Positions 20,448 to 30,781 are shown, counted from the first letter of the stretch. The stretch is 64,000 nt of DNA from Candidatus Sumerlaeaceae bacterium (GCA_051003195.1 JBPCLP010000039.1:32001-96000), one strand, 5' to 3'. Made by a program: numbers and translations. Notes: generated from the letters alone by a model not told the origin.

Positions 20448-21917
20448 ATGCACCTGCAACGTGTAGTCCTCACATTAGGAGTGCTATTCATGAGCGCGGC
20501 CAAGGCACACACTAGCACAACGGAAGACGCGACAAGTAGCGTGCCGGCATACCTCGTGAACTCGTCGATGCCATCTGCATTACGCGAACTGGAGTCGCGT
20601 GGTGATTTCAAAGCGGCTGAATCGTGGCTCGACGAGCAAAGCACCTCCGCTTCAGGCGATCTAAAGAAACATTATACGTCCGAGCGCGAGCGGCTCCGGC
20701 GTGTGCAGCGAGACTACAGTGCGACCGTCGAAGACGTGCTGAAAAAGCTGCGCAAAGAGATACCGAAGGTCACGACCCGCGACCTGGACCTGTGGCGGCA
20801 AGAGGGTGCGATCCAGTGGATTCCGGTAAACGGCGAGCCGCGCTATTTCCGCCGGGAACCAGGCAACCTTCTGCGGTTCAATAAGCGTGCACAGGCGATG
20901 CAGAAGTCAGCGAAAAAGAAGGCGCCTGCCAGGGACGATCCAGCGGGCACGTCAAAGAAGTTCGACCTGGATCCGCATCTCCTGAAAGTGATCGACGCGG
21001 CGCGCGAGAAGAAGACCACCGAGGTGCTGCCAATTACGTTTCACGTGCGGCACACTATTGCCGTCAAACCCGATGTGGTGCCGCCGGGAGAAACAATCCG
21101 CTGCTGGTTCCCCTATCCTCAGAACTATCGCCAGCAGCACGAGCCCGTGCTTCGCACAACAGCAACTGTGAGAATATCTGCCCCGGGCACCCTGATGCGC
21201 ACTGCGTACATGGAACAGCCTGCAAACAAGGCCGGAGAACCGACCACATTCACACTCGAGTACGAGTATCGCACGGCTGCGTATTATCCCGACTTGAAGA
21301 AACCTGCAAAGCATCCGCTGCCGGATGCTGCCGTCGGGTTCCTCGAAGAGCAGCCGCCGCACATCGTTTTCACACCCGAAATACGCGCGTTGGCTCAGGA
21401 CATCGTCGGTTCGGAATCGAAGTCCCTGGCGAAAGCGTATAAAATCTGGAGTTGGCTCGACCTCAATATAAAGTGGGCAGCCGAGATGGAATATGGGACG
21501 ATGCCGAACATCGTGCAGAAGGTGTGTAAGCGGGGGGACTGCGGAACGCAGGCGCTTCTCTTCGTTGCATTATGCAGGGTCAGTGGAGTGCCCGCCCGCT
21601 GGCAAAGCGGCTGGGTCACAAAGCCGAAGGCGTGGAACATGCACGACTGGGCTGAGTTTCATACGCTGGAATTCGGATGGTTACCGGCAGATCCGTCGGT
21701 CGGTCGGCGAAAAAGCAAAAAGCTCACGCTGCGCGATTTCATGTTCTGCCATCTGGATGCGTACCGAATGATCGCAAACCTGGACTGGGGGCAACCTTTC
21801 GATCCTCCGAAACAATTCGACCGCAGCGATCCTGTCGATAATCAGCGTGGTGAGGTCGAGTGGTCAGGCGGCAATCTCTACTACGACGATTGGACCTACG
21901 ACGTGGAGGTTCGGTGA
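20448..21917 (+). CDS. Secreted transglutaminase-like domain protein
   Basis: Cys-His-Asp triad context: GDCGTQA...CRVSGVPARWQSG...HDWAEF...GWLPADPS; start uncertain. Confidence 0.85.
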   Translation: MHLQRVVLTLGVLFMSAAKAHTSTTEDATSSVPAYLVNSSMPSALRELESRGDFKAAESWLDEQSTSASGDLKKHYTSERERLRRVQRDYSATVEDVLKKLRKEIPKVTTRDLDLWRQEGAIQWIPVNGEPRYFRREPGNLLRFNKRAQAMQKSAKKKAPARDDPAGTSKKFDLDPHLLKVIDAAREKKTTEVLPITFHVRHTIAVKPDVVPPGETIRCWFPYPQNYRQQHEPVLRTTATVRISAPGTLMRTAYMEQPANKAGEPTTFTLEYEYRTAAYYPDLKKPAKHPLPDAAVGFLEEQPPHIVFTPEIRALAQDIVGSESKSLAKAYKIWSWLDLNIKWAAEMEYGTMPNIVQKVCKRGDCGTQALLFVALCRVSGVPARWQSGWVTKPKAWNMHDWAEFHTLEFGWLPADPSVGRRKSKKLTLRDFMFCHLDAYRMIANLDWGQPFDPPKQFDRSDPVDNQRGEVEWSGGNLYYDDWTYDVEVR

Positions 21918-21925
21918 CGCAGGAG

Positions 21926-22936
21926 TTAAAGCTTCACCTGGTTTTCAATCGGCACGGCCCCGTCTTTTTCGAAAGCGATTAAGTTGCCGATGGTAACCTC
22001 TGCAATCCGCTGCAGAGCTTCCCGGGTGAAGAAGGCCTGGTGTCCCGTGACGATCACATTCGAGAAAGTAAGCAGCCGGGCGAACACATCGTCCTGCAGC
22101 AGCAGCCCGGAGCGGTCCTCAAAGAAGAGATCGCCTTCTTCCTCATAAACGTCCAGCCCAAGGTAACCAATACGCCCCGCTTTCAGCGCCTTGAGCACCG
22201 CCCGTGTATCCAGTAATCCGCCCCTGCTGGTGTTGATGAGCATGACACCGTGCTTCATCGTGGCGAGAGTGTCGGCATTGATCAGGTGGTGCGTTTCGGA
22301 AGTGAGCGGGCAATGCAGCGTGACGATGTCAGAATCTCGGAGCAGCGACGCCAAGTCCACGTACTTCACTCCGGCCTGCTCCAGATCGGCTGCAATGTAC
22401 AGGTCGTGCGCCAGCACGCGGCACCCAAACCCCAGGAGAATCCGTGCGGTTTGCGCTCCAATTTGTCCGGTGCCAACCACTCCCACGGTTCGCTGGTACA
22501 TGTCAAAACCAAGCAGGCCTTCCAGTGCGAAGTTGCGTTCCCGCACGCGATTGTATGCGCGGTGAATCTGACGATTTAGTGCAAGCATCAGCCCGACGGT
22601 GTGTTCGGCAACTGCGTAGGGCGAATACCTTGGCACCCGCGCTATGGAAAGACCAAGCGACGCTGCGGCTTTTAGATCCACGTTGTTGAACCCCGCGCAT
22701 CTAAGCGCGATAAGACGGACTCCATTGCCGGCAAGAACGCGTAGCGTTTGCTCGTCGGCGACATCGTTTACAAAGATGCAGATGGCATCCCGTCCCGTGG
22801 CCAGAAGGGCGGTTTGCGCGTCGAGACGCGCTTCCAGGTACTCGAAAGCCAGTTGCCCTGGAGTGGCCCCTGCAGGGTTCTGTTCATCGAGAAACTTTTT
22901 ATCGTAAGGCTTGGTGCTGTAGACCGCTACCCGCAA
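21926..22936 (-). CDS. ldhA: D-lactate dehydrogenase / D-2-hydroxyacid dehydrogenase
   Basis: [54 protein letters not shown]. Confidence 0.9.
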   Translation of the reverse strand: MRVAVYSTKPYDKKFLDEQNPAGATPGQLAFEYLEARLDAQTALLATGRDAICIFVNDVADEQTLRVLAGNGVRLIALRCAGFNNVDLKAAASLGLSIARVPRYSPYAVAEHTVGLMLALNRQIHRAYNRVRERNFALEGLLGFDMYQRTVGVVGTGQIGAQTARILLGFGCRVLAHDLYIAADLEQAGVKYVDLASLLRDSDIVTLHCPLTSETHHLINADTLATMKHGVMLINTSRGGLLDTRAVLKALKAGRIGYLGLDVYEEEGDLFFEDRSGLLLQDDVFARLLTFSNVIVTGHQAFFTREALQRIAEVTIGNLIAFEKDGAVPIENQVKL

Positions 22937-22945
22937 TGCCCGAAT

Positions 22946-23482
22946 CTAGCGCGTGTATTTCGAGAAGATACGGATGTACTCGCTGCCAAACGTCACGCGC
23001 GTGATGTTGTCAAAGCTCACCAGGCTCGGAATCTGGTCCCACCGCCCGCTGGCATCGAAGTGGTGAATCGATAACGACTTCTTCCCGACACGTACGAGCC
23101 GCCCAATATAGAAGAACTCAGAGTCTTCAATTTCGCCTTCAAGGATCATGTTCTGTTCGACACCGACCAGGTCGGCGAACATATCCTGCGTGCTGTCCAG
23201 TCGAAGAGGAAAGGTGAGCTGAGCAGCTGCGCGCACGCCCTCTTTCCGAAGTATGGCTTCGAGAATCCGCTCATAACGGCCGCGGCGTACGCTTTCAACG
23301 TCCGCTCGCCGTATCGCGCAGTGGCCATTCAAGTGAAAATCACTGACCTCGTTGACGAGAATCCATTCGTCTCCTGCTTCAAGCAGGTAACCCTTAACGT
23401 CTGCTCCTTCGTCAATTAACGGCCGTTCCAGGTGCACCAGCCGTCGCTGCGCGCACAACTGTTCAAGCTTATCTAATTCCAT
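22946..23482 (-). CDS. Hypothetical protein
   Basis: ORF with ATG at 23482 (MELDKLEQ), stop 10 bp upstream of the ldhA start, likely co-transcribed. Confidence 0.7.
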   Translation of the reverse strand: MELDKLEQLCAQRRLVHLERPLIDEGADVKGYLLEAGDEWILVNEVSDFHLNGHCAIRRADVESVRRGRYERILEAILRKEGVRAAAQLTFPLRLDSTQDMFADLVGVEQNMILEGEIEDSEFFYIGRLVRVGKKSLSIHHFDASGRWDQIPSLVSFDNITRVTFGSEYIRIFSKYTR

Positions 23483-23610
23483 AGGGGAATTAGCTATAGC
23501 CAAGCGACCCGAAAAATGCAAAAGATGATCCGGGTATTTGCTCCAGCGGTGCCCTCACCGCACCCAAAACGAGGTGAGCGCGTCCGCCTCAGCAAGTGGG
23601 TGGGAGCGAG

Positions 23611-23817
23611 CTACTGGCCGGGCCGCTGGACGTTGGTTGCCTGTAACCCCTTGCCGCTGTTCACCACTTCGAACGTAACCTGCTCGCCCTCGGTCAGGCT
23701 TTTGAACCCCTGTCCTTCGATGGCGCTGTGATGCACGAAAAGATCCGGGCCGTTTTCCTGTGTGATAAAGCCATAGCCCTTTGCATCATTGAACCATTTC
23801 ACCGTGCCATTCGGCAT
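23611..23817 (-). CDS. Cold-shock protein (CspA family)
   Basis: [18 protein letters not shown]...DLFVHHSAI...GFKSLTEG...V.FEV; RBS GGAGAAAG upstream. Confidence 0.97.
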   Translation of the reverse strand: MPNGTVKWFNDAKGYGFITQENGPDLFVHHSAIEGQGFKSLTEGEQVTFEVVNSGKGLQATNVQRPGQ

Positions 23818-24072
23818 GTGCTTTCTCCCGTTGCGGTCAAAGCCGCTCAAAAATTGAGAAGAAATGAAGCAGCGCGCTGCCCGGATTCCTGCTTCAAACC
23901 GGCCAGCTTGTACGTGGTTCAGTTGCGCTGCGAATACCCGAGCGGGCCCGCCGCCAATACCCCGACGCATTTCCTCTCGTTATGAGAAGAAACCCGACAA
24001 CACCTGATCGGAATGCACAAGTGGAAAGTTATTCGGTTCAGCCGTTTGCGGTTCGTTTTCCATCGGTCAACA

Positions 24073-24087
24073 TGGCACAGCCGTTGC
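24073..24087 (+). promoter_or_regulatory. Sigma-54 (RpoN) -24/-12 promoter candidate
   Basis: TGGCAC-AGCCG-TTGC exact consensus spacing, 115 bp upstream of AI-2E gene. Confidence 0.6.
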
Positions 24088-24201
24088 TCCCCAATATCCG
24101 CGTGTTATCAGTTTAATGCCCATCTGGGGCAAGTCATAGCCGCAGATGATACGGTTGCTTTCACCAGGTCCCGATTATAGGAGTTCCGAAATCCAGCAGT
24201 C

Positions 24202-26181
24202 ATGAACAACAAACAGCCCATGATGCCTCCTACCAGGTCCAGCATTGGGCCCCTTGCGGTCTGGGTTATTGTGGTCGCGGGTTTGTATTTTGCCCAGGAT
24301 GTTGTAATACCGCTGGCGCTGGCACTGCTGATCACTTTCATGCTGGCGCCTGTTGTATCGCGCCTTGAGCGCTGGCACTTCGGCCGAGTTCCTTCTGTCG
24401 TTCTGGTGATTCTTACGGCTCTCGCAATTGTGGGCGGCATGGGTTACCTGGTAGCAAACCAGTTCGTGGACCTCGCTGGAAAGCTGCCGTCGTACAAGCA
24501 GACCGTCGTACATAAAATTCAGAAGCTGCGGCCAACACATGATGGAAGATTCGGGAGGGCACGTGAGGCTCTGGAAGATTTCAGCCGCGAAGTGACCAGT
24601 GGCGAGACTACTGCCACCGTCAGCACAACCACCGCCACGGCAGAAGCAACGCAGACTTCGGTTTCCGCAACGGATGATAAAAGTACCGGGAGTGCATTCG
24701 CCAAAGCAACTGTGCAGGCAAATGAGTCTGCCGCCTCGGATCAGAACACGTCTGCCGCCTCGGATCAGAATACGTCTGCCACACGGCCTCAGAAGCCCGA
24801 GCCAATCCCGGTTACAGTGGTCCAAACCTCCTCTAATATGCTGGAAGCCCTGCGAACTGTTCTGGGGCCTGTGTTTTCCTGGTTCGGTACTGCAGCGCTG
24901 GTCCTGCTGTTCGTGCTGTTCATGCTTCTCCAGCGCGATGACCTGCGTGACCGGGTGATCCGGCTTGCAGGGCAGAAGCGTATCCAGGTGACCACTGAAG
25001 CGTTCGACGAAGCCGGTCGCCGCGTAAGCCGCTACCTGCTCATGCAGCTTATCGTCAACGTGACTTATGGCGTTCCGGTGGCCATCGGTCTCTATTGCAT
25101 CGGCCTTCCAAATGCGCTACTGTGGGGTGTGTTCGCAACTATACTGAGGTTTATCCCCTATCTTGGCCCATGGATCGCGGCAACCATCCCCATCCTGCTA
25201 TCCATCGCAGTATTCGATAGCTGGACTCCCACCTTTTTTACGATCGGTCTATATGTTGTGATGGAGTTGATCAGCAACAACTTCCTCGAGCCGCTACTCT
25301 ACGGCCACACCACAGGAGTCTCGCCCGTGGCGATCATCCTGTCCGCGGTCTTCTGGACGTGGTTGTGGGGCGTCGTCGGTCTGTTACTCTCCACGCCAAT
25401 TACCGTATGCCTGATGGTACTGGGACGCCACGTACCACAAATGGCATACCTGAACGTTTTGCTCGGCGACCAGCCGGTTCTTCCACCCGAATCGAAGCTG
25501 TATAACCGACTTCTGGCGGACGATCTCGACGATGCTCTGGAAATTGCCGAGCACCAGTTGCAGAAGCATTCGCTGGTGGAGGTTTACGACAGCATCCTGG
25601 TCCCCGCGCTCGGACTGGCGGAGCACGATCGTCACGAAGGGGCTCTGCCAATCGAAAAGCAGAAGCTCATCTGGAGCGGCATGGCCGAAATGATTGAAGC
25701 GTTTGCAGACCGTTCTGACGCCGATGAGGCGAAAAAAACTTCCGCTGATAATGAGCCCGAAGCGAGCGACGCTACCAAGGCGCGTCTCGACCTTACACGC
25801 GCCAGTTTGCCCTCGCGCAAAATACTCTGTCTTCCGGCCCGTGACCATGCCGACGAGCTGGCCGCCAGCATGCTTGCGCAGATTCTCGTACGCGCGCATC
25901 ATACTGTACGCGTTGTTTCAGTCGAAACTTTTGCCGGCGAAATGGTCGAACAAGTAAAAGAGTTCGAGCCGGATGTGGTCTGCATTTCGGCACTGCCGCC
26001 ACTGGCTACCACGCATGCGCGGTATCTGTGCAAGCGAGTCAAGGCTGAGGTGCCAAACGCCCGCGTGATGGTGGGCCTGTGGAACGCGGAGGGTAACAGC
26101 GTTGAAGCACTCAAACGGCTGGAAGGCTCCGGAGTCGATGTCGTCGTAAAGTCGATCCAGGAGGCGGTGGGTAGGGTCTAA
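24202..26181 (+). CDS. AI-2E family transporter with C-terminal B12-binding-like/flavodoxin-fold domain
   Basis: VIPLALALLITFMLAP, LRDRVIRLAG, VSRYLLMQ, RFIPYLGP, NNFLEPLLYG, GLLLSTP; C-terminal ILCLPARDHADELAASML...PDVVCISAL...VMVG. Confidence 0.9.
   Translation: MNNKQPMMPPTRSSIGPLAVWVIVVAGLYFAQDVVIPLALALLITFMLAPVVSRLERWHFGRVPSVVLVILTALAIVGGMGYLVANQFVDLAGKLPSYKQTVVHKIQKLRPTHDGRFGRAREALEDFSREVTSGETTATVSTTTATAEATQTSVSATDDKSTGSAFAKATVQANESAASDQNTSAASDQNTSATRPQKPEPIPVTVVQTSSNMLEALRTVLGPVFSWFGTAALVLLFVLFMLLQRDDLRDRVIRLAGQKRIQVTTEAFDEAGRRVSRYLLMQLIVNVTYGVPVAIGLYCIGLPNALLWGVFATILRFIPYLGPWIAATIPILLSIAVFDSWTPTFFTIGLYVVMELISNNFLEPLLYGHTTGVSPVAIILSAVFWTWLWGVVGLLLSTPITVCLMVLGRHVPQMAYLNVLLGDQPVLPPESKLYNRLLADDLDDALEIAEHQLQKHSLVEVYDSILVPALGLAEHDRHEGALPIEKQKLIWSGMAEMIEAFADRSDADEAKKTSADNEPEASDATKARLDLTRASLPSRKILCLPARDHADELAASMLAQILVRAHHTVRVVSVETFAGEMVEQVKEFEPDVVCISALPPLATTHARYLCKRVKAEVPNARVMVGLWNAEGNSVEALKRLEGSGVDVVVKSIQEAVGRV
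24726..24780 (+). repeat. 24-bp in-frame tandem repeat (SAASDQNT x2.3)
   Basis: GTCTGCCGCCTCGGATCAGAACAC / GTCTGCCGCCTCGGATCAGAATAC / GTCTGCC. Confidence 0.9.
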
Positions 26182-26188
26182 ACGAGAC

Positions 26189-26235
26189 CTCAATTCGGCA
26201 CACAGAACAGATTACGAACTAACGGTAGACCACAC
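26189..26235. repeat. 47-bp dispersed repeat, copy 2
   Basis: CTCAATTCGGCACACAGAACAGATTACGAACTAACGGTAGACCACAC; matches 12033-12079. Confidence 0.85.
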
Positions 26236-27152
26236 TACCATGTGTTCGCAACGACAGAGCGGGCATACTGCCGAACTCTTTCGACCTGCTCGGATTGGAG
26301 TGGTCGATTCGCAGCCGCTATATTCTCCTCTACTGCCTCCAGCCGGCGCGACCCCGCTATTACAGACGACACTTCCGGGCGCGCCAGCACATAACCCAAC
26401 GCCAGGTGCACCAGCGGATCCCTTTTATCGCCGGAAGCAAAATGCTCAAATCCCGCTATTGCGCCGCGCAGCTCTGCATTTTGCAGATTCATATACTTGC
26501 GGCTCAGCTTTCCGCCCGCCAGCCCGCGCATGATGATTACCCCCGCGTTCTTTTCACGGGCGAGGTCGAGCAGCCGATCCTCTGCGCTCAGGTTGAGCAG
26601 ATTGTACGGGAACTGCACCGTCTCATAACCGCCGATCTCGAGCGCGCGAACGCACTCGGCGACGCCACCCGTCATCCCCAGGTGTCGCACTTTCCCCGCG
26701 CGTTGCGCTTCCTGCATCGCGGCAAAGGTCTCGCCGCGCTCAAGAATTTCGATCGAGGCGGAATGGATCTGTAAAAGATCGATCGTGTCCGTGCACAGTC
26801 GACGAAGGCTCTCCTCAACGAAACGCAATGTCGCGTCGTATGAGTAATCGTAAACCGAACCGTCAGGATCGCAGTGCTCGCCGACCTTGGTCGCCAGCAC
26901 GTACTCACTACGCCGGTTCGCAAGCGCCTTCCCGATAAACTCTTCCGAGTACCAGTAGGCAGGTGCGGTGTCGATGAAGTTGACCCCGAGATCCAGCAGA
27001 CCGTTCAGCACGCGCGACGCTTCAGCTTGCGTCAGGTGGCGGCTGTTCTCGTTGACGTCGGCCGCCCAGTCGCGACCGATCTCCAGCGCACCAAATCCGA
27101 TCTCCGAAACCTGGATGCCTGTAGCCCCAAGCGGGCGCAGCTTAACACTCAC
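26235..27152 (-). CDS. Aldo/keto reductase
   Basis: LGATGIQVSEIGFG, FIDTAPAY, LATKVG, SLRRLCTDTIDLLQIH, GKVRHLG. Confidence 0.92.
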   Translation of the reverse strand: MSVKLRPLGATGIQVSEIGFGALEIGRDWAADVNENSRHLTQAEASRVLNGLLDLGVNFIDTAPAYWYSEEFIGKALANRRSEYVLATKVGEHCDPDGSVYDYSYDATLRFVEESLRRLCTDTIDLLQIHSASIEILERGETFAAMQEAQRAGKVRHLGMTGGVAECVRALEIGGYETVQFPYNLLNLSAEDRLLDLAREKNAGVIIMRGLAGGKLSRKYMNLQNAELRGAIAGFEHFASGDKRDPLVHLALGYVLARPEVSSVIAGSRRLEAVEENIAAANRPLQSEQVERVRQYARSVVANTW

Positions 27153-27177
27153 GAATGTCTCCTGTTACCTGTACTTG

Positions 27178-28833
27178 TCAGTCCAGCCGCGCGATTTGTG
27201 GATACGGGCTGGTATAATCACAACGTTTGGCGAGAAGTTCCGCAAGCGCTGCCGGATCTTCCTTAATCAGGAAATTCATGGGACTAAGCCATCGTTCCTG
27301 CGGTCCCGCGAGAGGCGCCAGCGCCGACATTGCCCGTGCATAGCGATTCCACGATTCACGTGTTACTTGCCTCGCCAGACGCCCGCGCATGCGATTCAGG
27401 GATTGCGAAATGCTCCGCGCGGTTTTTTCGACCGCGACGGCCACATGCGGGTGCGACAGTGCAGGATCCTGGCGCATGGCCGAGAGATTCGCGGCTGTGT
27501 CGGCTTCCAATTTGCGGATCGCGTTGAGCAAACTGCCGGTCTGTGGATCAGTCGACAGAATATGCTCCTGTACCGCCACGGCACCTGAGATTGGCTGCTC
27601 CGGGTCGATACCGAGTTGTTGAAGGGTTTCAATGGTGCAGGGATCGAGGATCGTAACCAGGCTGCGAAGTGCGACTGCTGGACGTGGTACCTCGTGCAGC
27701 CGATAAACCCCGGCAAGTTGCGCCAGGTACCCGACCTCACCGGGTCCGCCGATGTATGCTGCGGTCGGCAATACGATATCCTGAAGTATCGGCCGGGTCA
27801 CCACGTTGGGAGAAAATCGTTCGGGGTATTGGTCGAGCTCCCCGCAGAGCTGCTCCCATGACATGGATTTTATAATCGTATGACGCAGGCTGTCCTGCAC
27901 CAGCACCCGCCCGCCCTCGCTCACAAGCCGCAGTCGGCGCTGATCGTGCAGGTAAAAAGCATTCAAAACATCGGGATCGCGATGCAGTTGCGGCGAATAA
28001 CCGGATGCCGCAATTTCCACTGCCGCCTGTTCCAGCAGCCGCGCGCTTTCATCCCCTGCCTCGAAACTGGCACGCAGCAGCGCGCGCTGGCGATTGCGAA
28101 GGACTCTCAGGCGCGGAACTACAAAGATCACGGGCTGATCCGGACCCAGAAGCTCAACCAGGGTACGGCAAAAAGTCTCTTCGAACCTACAGCTACCCTG
28201 AAGTGCCTGGCTCAGTAATGTTTGCGCTGCACGTTTGCTGCACGCACCCGGCAGCGCCTCCTCAACCCGCTGGCGCAAACGAGGTGCACTCTGCGATAAA
28301 TTCCAGAGGTACGACGGGCTGTCGGCTGGCACATCTCCGCGGCTGCACACGTCACCCAGGTTTGAGAGTGCGCCATCTTCCTGCAGCAGCCAGCAATCGC
28401 GCAGCTCCCGGAAATCGTGGTCGTCCGAAGCGACCCAGAAGACCGGTATGACGGTTCTCCCACTTGACGCCTCAAGCCGCGTGGCATGTGCGCGAGCCGA
28501 CAGCGCCTTGTGCAGGATGAAAAGGGGCGAGGCAAACAGGTTGGGTTGCTGTCCGGTCACAATGGCAAGTGTCTGCGGGTCGGCAAATGCCCCTGCGAAG
28601 CGCGCGCCGGCAGAGTTACCGACTGAGTCATTGAACGCCGCGAGTTCCGCGACCTCCGTCGGGTTCCACGGTTGCCACTGCCATGCATCGCGTGCTCGCA
28701 TTGCCGAGACAAACCCGTCGTCGGCCGGCAGAAAGAATCGCGCGGCCGGACCGTTCTCTTCGATCCAGTCGCGGGCGAACGGAAATGAGGAAAGGGGATT
28801 GACCGGTAGAGTGTTCTGAGCGTCGGGCGCCAT
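27178..28833 (-). CDS. bshC: Bacillithiol biosynthesis cysteine-adding enzyme BshC
   Basis: IVTGQQPNLF..PLF..HK, PVFWVASDDHDF.E, FSPNVVTRP..QD..LPT.AYIGGPGE..Y.AQL, PQER. Confidence 0.88.
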   Translation of the reverse strand: MAPDAQNTLPVNPLSSFPFARDWIEENGPAARFFLPADDGFVSAMRARDAWQWQPWNPTEVAELAAFNDSVGNSAGARFAGAFADPQTLAIVTGQQPNLFASPLFILHKALSARAHATRLEASSGRTVIPVFWVASDDHDFRELRDCWLLQEDGALSNLGDVCSRGDVPADSPSYLWNLSQSAPRLRQRVEEALPGACSKRAAQTLLSQALQGSCRFEETFCRTLVELLGPDQPVIFVVPRLRVLRNRQRALLRASFEAGDESARLLEQAAVEIAASGYSPQLHRDPDVLNAFYLHDQRRLRLVSEGGRVLVQDSLRHTIIKSMSWEQLCGELDQYPERFSPNVVTRPILQDIVLPTAAYIGGPGEVGYLAQLAGVYRLHEVPRPAVALRSLVTILDPCTIETLQQLGIDPEQPISGAVAVQEHILSTDPQTGSLLNAIRKLEADTAANLSAMRQDPALSHPHVAVAVEKTARSISQSLNRMRGRLARQVTRESWNRYARAMSALAPLAGPQERWLSPMNFLIKEDPAALAELLAKRCDYTSPYPQIARLD

Positions 28834-29034
28834 TTGTCTGGTTGCAGACTCCGCAAGTGCCTACGCCAATATAAAAACGCAACTTCACGCCTGCTGCCGA
28901 ATTTAAGGGAAGTTGCGCCAGCCCCAGGGACTGCATAATTTCGCACTTGCGAGCCCATTGTAAGCCGTTCACAACCCGCGCCTACGTCAATTGTACGTAA
29001 ACGAATGAGCAGGAAGACCAGCGAGATCTAACGT

Positions 29035-30090
29035 ATGCCGTCGATCAATTACGCCTTCAAAGAGATCACCTGCAAAATCGTCTATTATGGCCCCGGAGCA
29101 GGCGGGAAAACTACGAATCTGCACTACGTCCATAGCAATGTGCCAGCAAAGCACCGGGGCGACATGGTATCGCTGGCAACCGAGCAGGATCGCACGCTGT
29201 TTTTCGACTTTCTGCCGCTCGATATCGGCGATGTTAAGGGCTTCAAAACCAAGTTCCAGCTCTACACGGTACCGGGGCAGGTCTATTACAACGCCACTCG
29301 AAAACTGGTGCTGCGCGGCGTAGACGCGATCGTCTTCGTTGCAGACAGCCAGGAGAGCCGTTTCCAGGACAGTGTCGACAGCCTGCATAACCTTGCGGAA
29401 AACCTCCGGGACTACGGGCTCGAACTCGAGACAATGCCGTTTGTCATGCAGTACAACAAGCGCGACCTTCCCGACGCGCTGCCTCTCGACGTACTGCACC
29501 GCGCCTTGAATCCGCAGGCAAAATATGCGGAATACGAAGCAATCGCAACAGACGGCACCGGCTGTCGCGAGTCGCTGCGCGACGTGGCTTCTCAACTGCT
29601 GAAAAAGCTTAATGCGACCGCGAACATCGTAACGGATGAAGAAGTCGTAACAGAACGCCTTGGCGTTGCCGGCTCCGGCCCATCTCTTCCGCGCTCCAGC
29701 GCGTCGGACCGAAACGCGCCGGAGCTGCGCATCAACCAGGATTCGAAGTTCCATTGGCGCGGAATTGGGCTTGGCTCCGGGCAGGCAAAACTTGCCAGCA
29801 GCCGCAACGACCGCGGTGAAATGGAATATGCGCTGTCCACCACCCACAGGATTCTTGGTCTCAAGCGGTCGCTGAAACGTACCATGCGCTACGTGGGCGA
29901 GGACAAGCGCATGGTCGAAAACGTCGAGCGGACCTACATTGTTCTGCGAGACGCTTCCGCCGGAAGAGGCACCGCCCCCGTGGCCGGCTTCGTCGACAAA
30001 TCCGCCGGCACCACACGACTCTACCTTGTGTACCCCGGCGTAATGGGAGAGATGAAGGTCGGTCCGGACGGCGAAATCGTACCGGTATAG
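29035..30090 (+). CDS. mglA: MglA-family small GTPase with ~150-aa C-terminal extra domain
   Basis: EITCKIVYYGPGAGGKTTNL, ATEQDRTLFFDFLPL, LYTVPGQVYY, QYNKRDLP. Confidence 0.85.
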   Translation: MPSINYAFKEITCKIVYYGPGAGGKTTNLHYVHSNVPAKHRGDMVSLATEQDRTLFFDFLPLDIGDVKGFKTKFQLYTVPGQVYYNATRKLVLRGVDAIVFVADSQESRFQDSVDSLHNLAENLRDYGLELETMPFVMQYNKRDLPDALPLDVLHRALNPQAKYAEYEAIATDGTGCRESLRDVASQLLKKLNATANIVTDEEVVTERLGVAGSGPSLPRSSASDRNAPELRINQDSKFHWRGIGLGSGQAKLASSRNDRGEMEYALSTTHRILGLKRSLKRTMRYVGEDKRMVENVERTYIVLRDASAGRGTAPVAGFVDKSAGTTRLYLVYPGVMGEMKVGPDGEIVPV

Positions 30091-30132
30091 TCGAACCTCG
30101 ACGCGCGGCATACGCTACCATTTGACCACCGC

Positions 30133-30627
30133 ATGACTTACACACCCATCGTCGCTACGCTGGGATATGTGCTCTCGCCCGATGGCCAGTCCGTTCTGCT
30201 GATCTACCGCAATACGCGTCCCGACGATCTGCACCTGGGGAAGTATAACGGACTAGGCGGAAAGCTGGAACCGCACGAGGACGTTGCCACCGGCATGCGG
30301 CGCGAAATCCACGAGGAAGCCGGAATCGCGGCCGAGAAGCTCGTGCTGCGCGGTACCATCAGCTGGCCGGGGTTTGGCAAGTCGGGTGAGGACTGGCTTG
30401 GCTTTATCTTCCGCATCGACCAGTGGAGCGGAACGCCGCTCGTCTCCAACCCGGAAGGTACGCTCGAGTGGGTGCCGCTCGACAAACTGCTCAAGTGCGA
30501 AGTTCCGCTCTGGGAAGGCGACACCCATTTTCTGCCCCTCGTATTCAGTCCCGAACCCCGTCAGTTCCACGGCGTGATGCCCTACGCCAATGGCAAAATG
30601 CTCGGCTGGAGCTATGTGCTGCTCTGA
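30133..30627 (+). CDS. NUDIX hydrolase (8-oxo-dGTP diphosphatase-like)
   Basis: GKYNGLGGKLEPHED...MRREIHEEAG Nudix box; EGTLEWVP, LWEGD. Confidence 0.9.
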   Translation: MTYTPIVATLGYVLSPDGQSVLLIYRNTRPDDLHLGKYNGLGGKLEPHEDVATGMRREIHEEAGIAAEKLVLRGTISWPGFGKSGEDWLGFIFRIDQWSGTPLVSNPEGTLEWVPLDKLLKCEVPLWEGDTHFLPLVFSPEPRQFHGVMPYANGKMLGWSYVLL

Positions 30628-30781
30628 AGCATCCGCGCCGACATATTGGTGTTTTTTTAACGAATGGGGGACTTGGTGGATGCTGCTTTCTGGGCCTGAG
30701 GTTTGGTCGGTCGCCGTAACGCTTGACTTTCCGGCATCACACGGCATGCTGCTACAATCGTCTGTATCCAATGGAGACCGC

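Noticed and set aside
28987..30111. 374-aa minus-strand ORF
   Set aside because: Antisense shadow of the MglA gene
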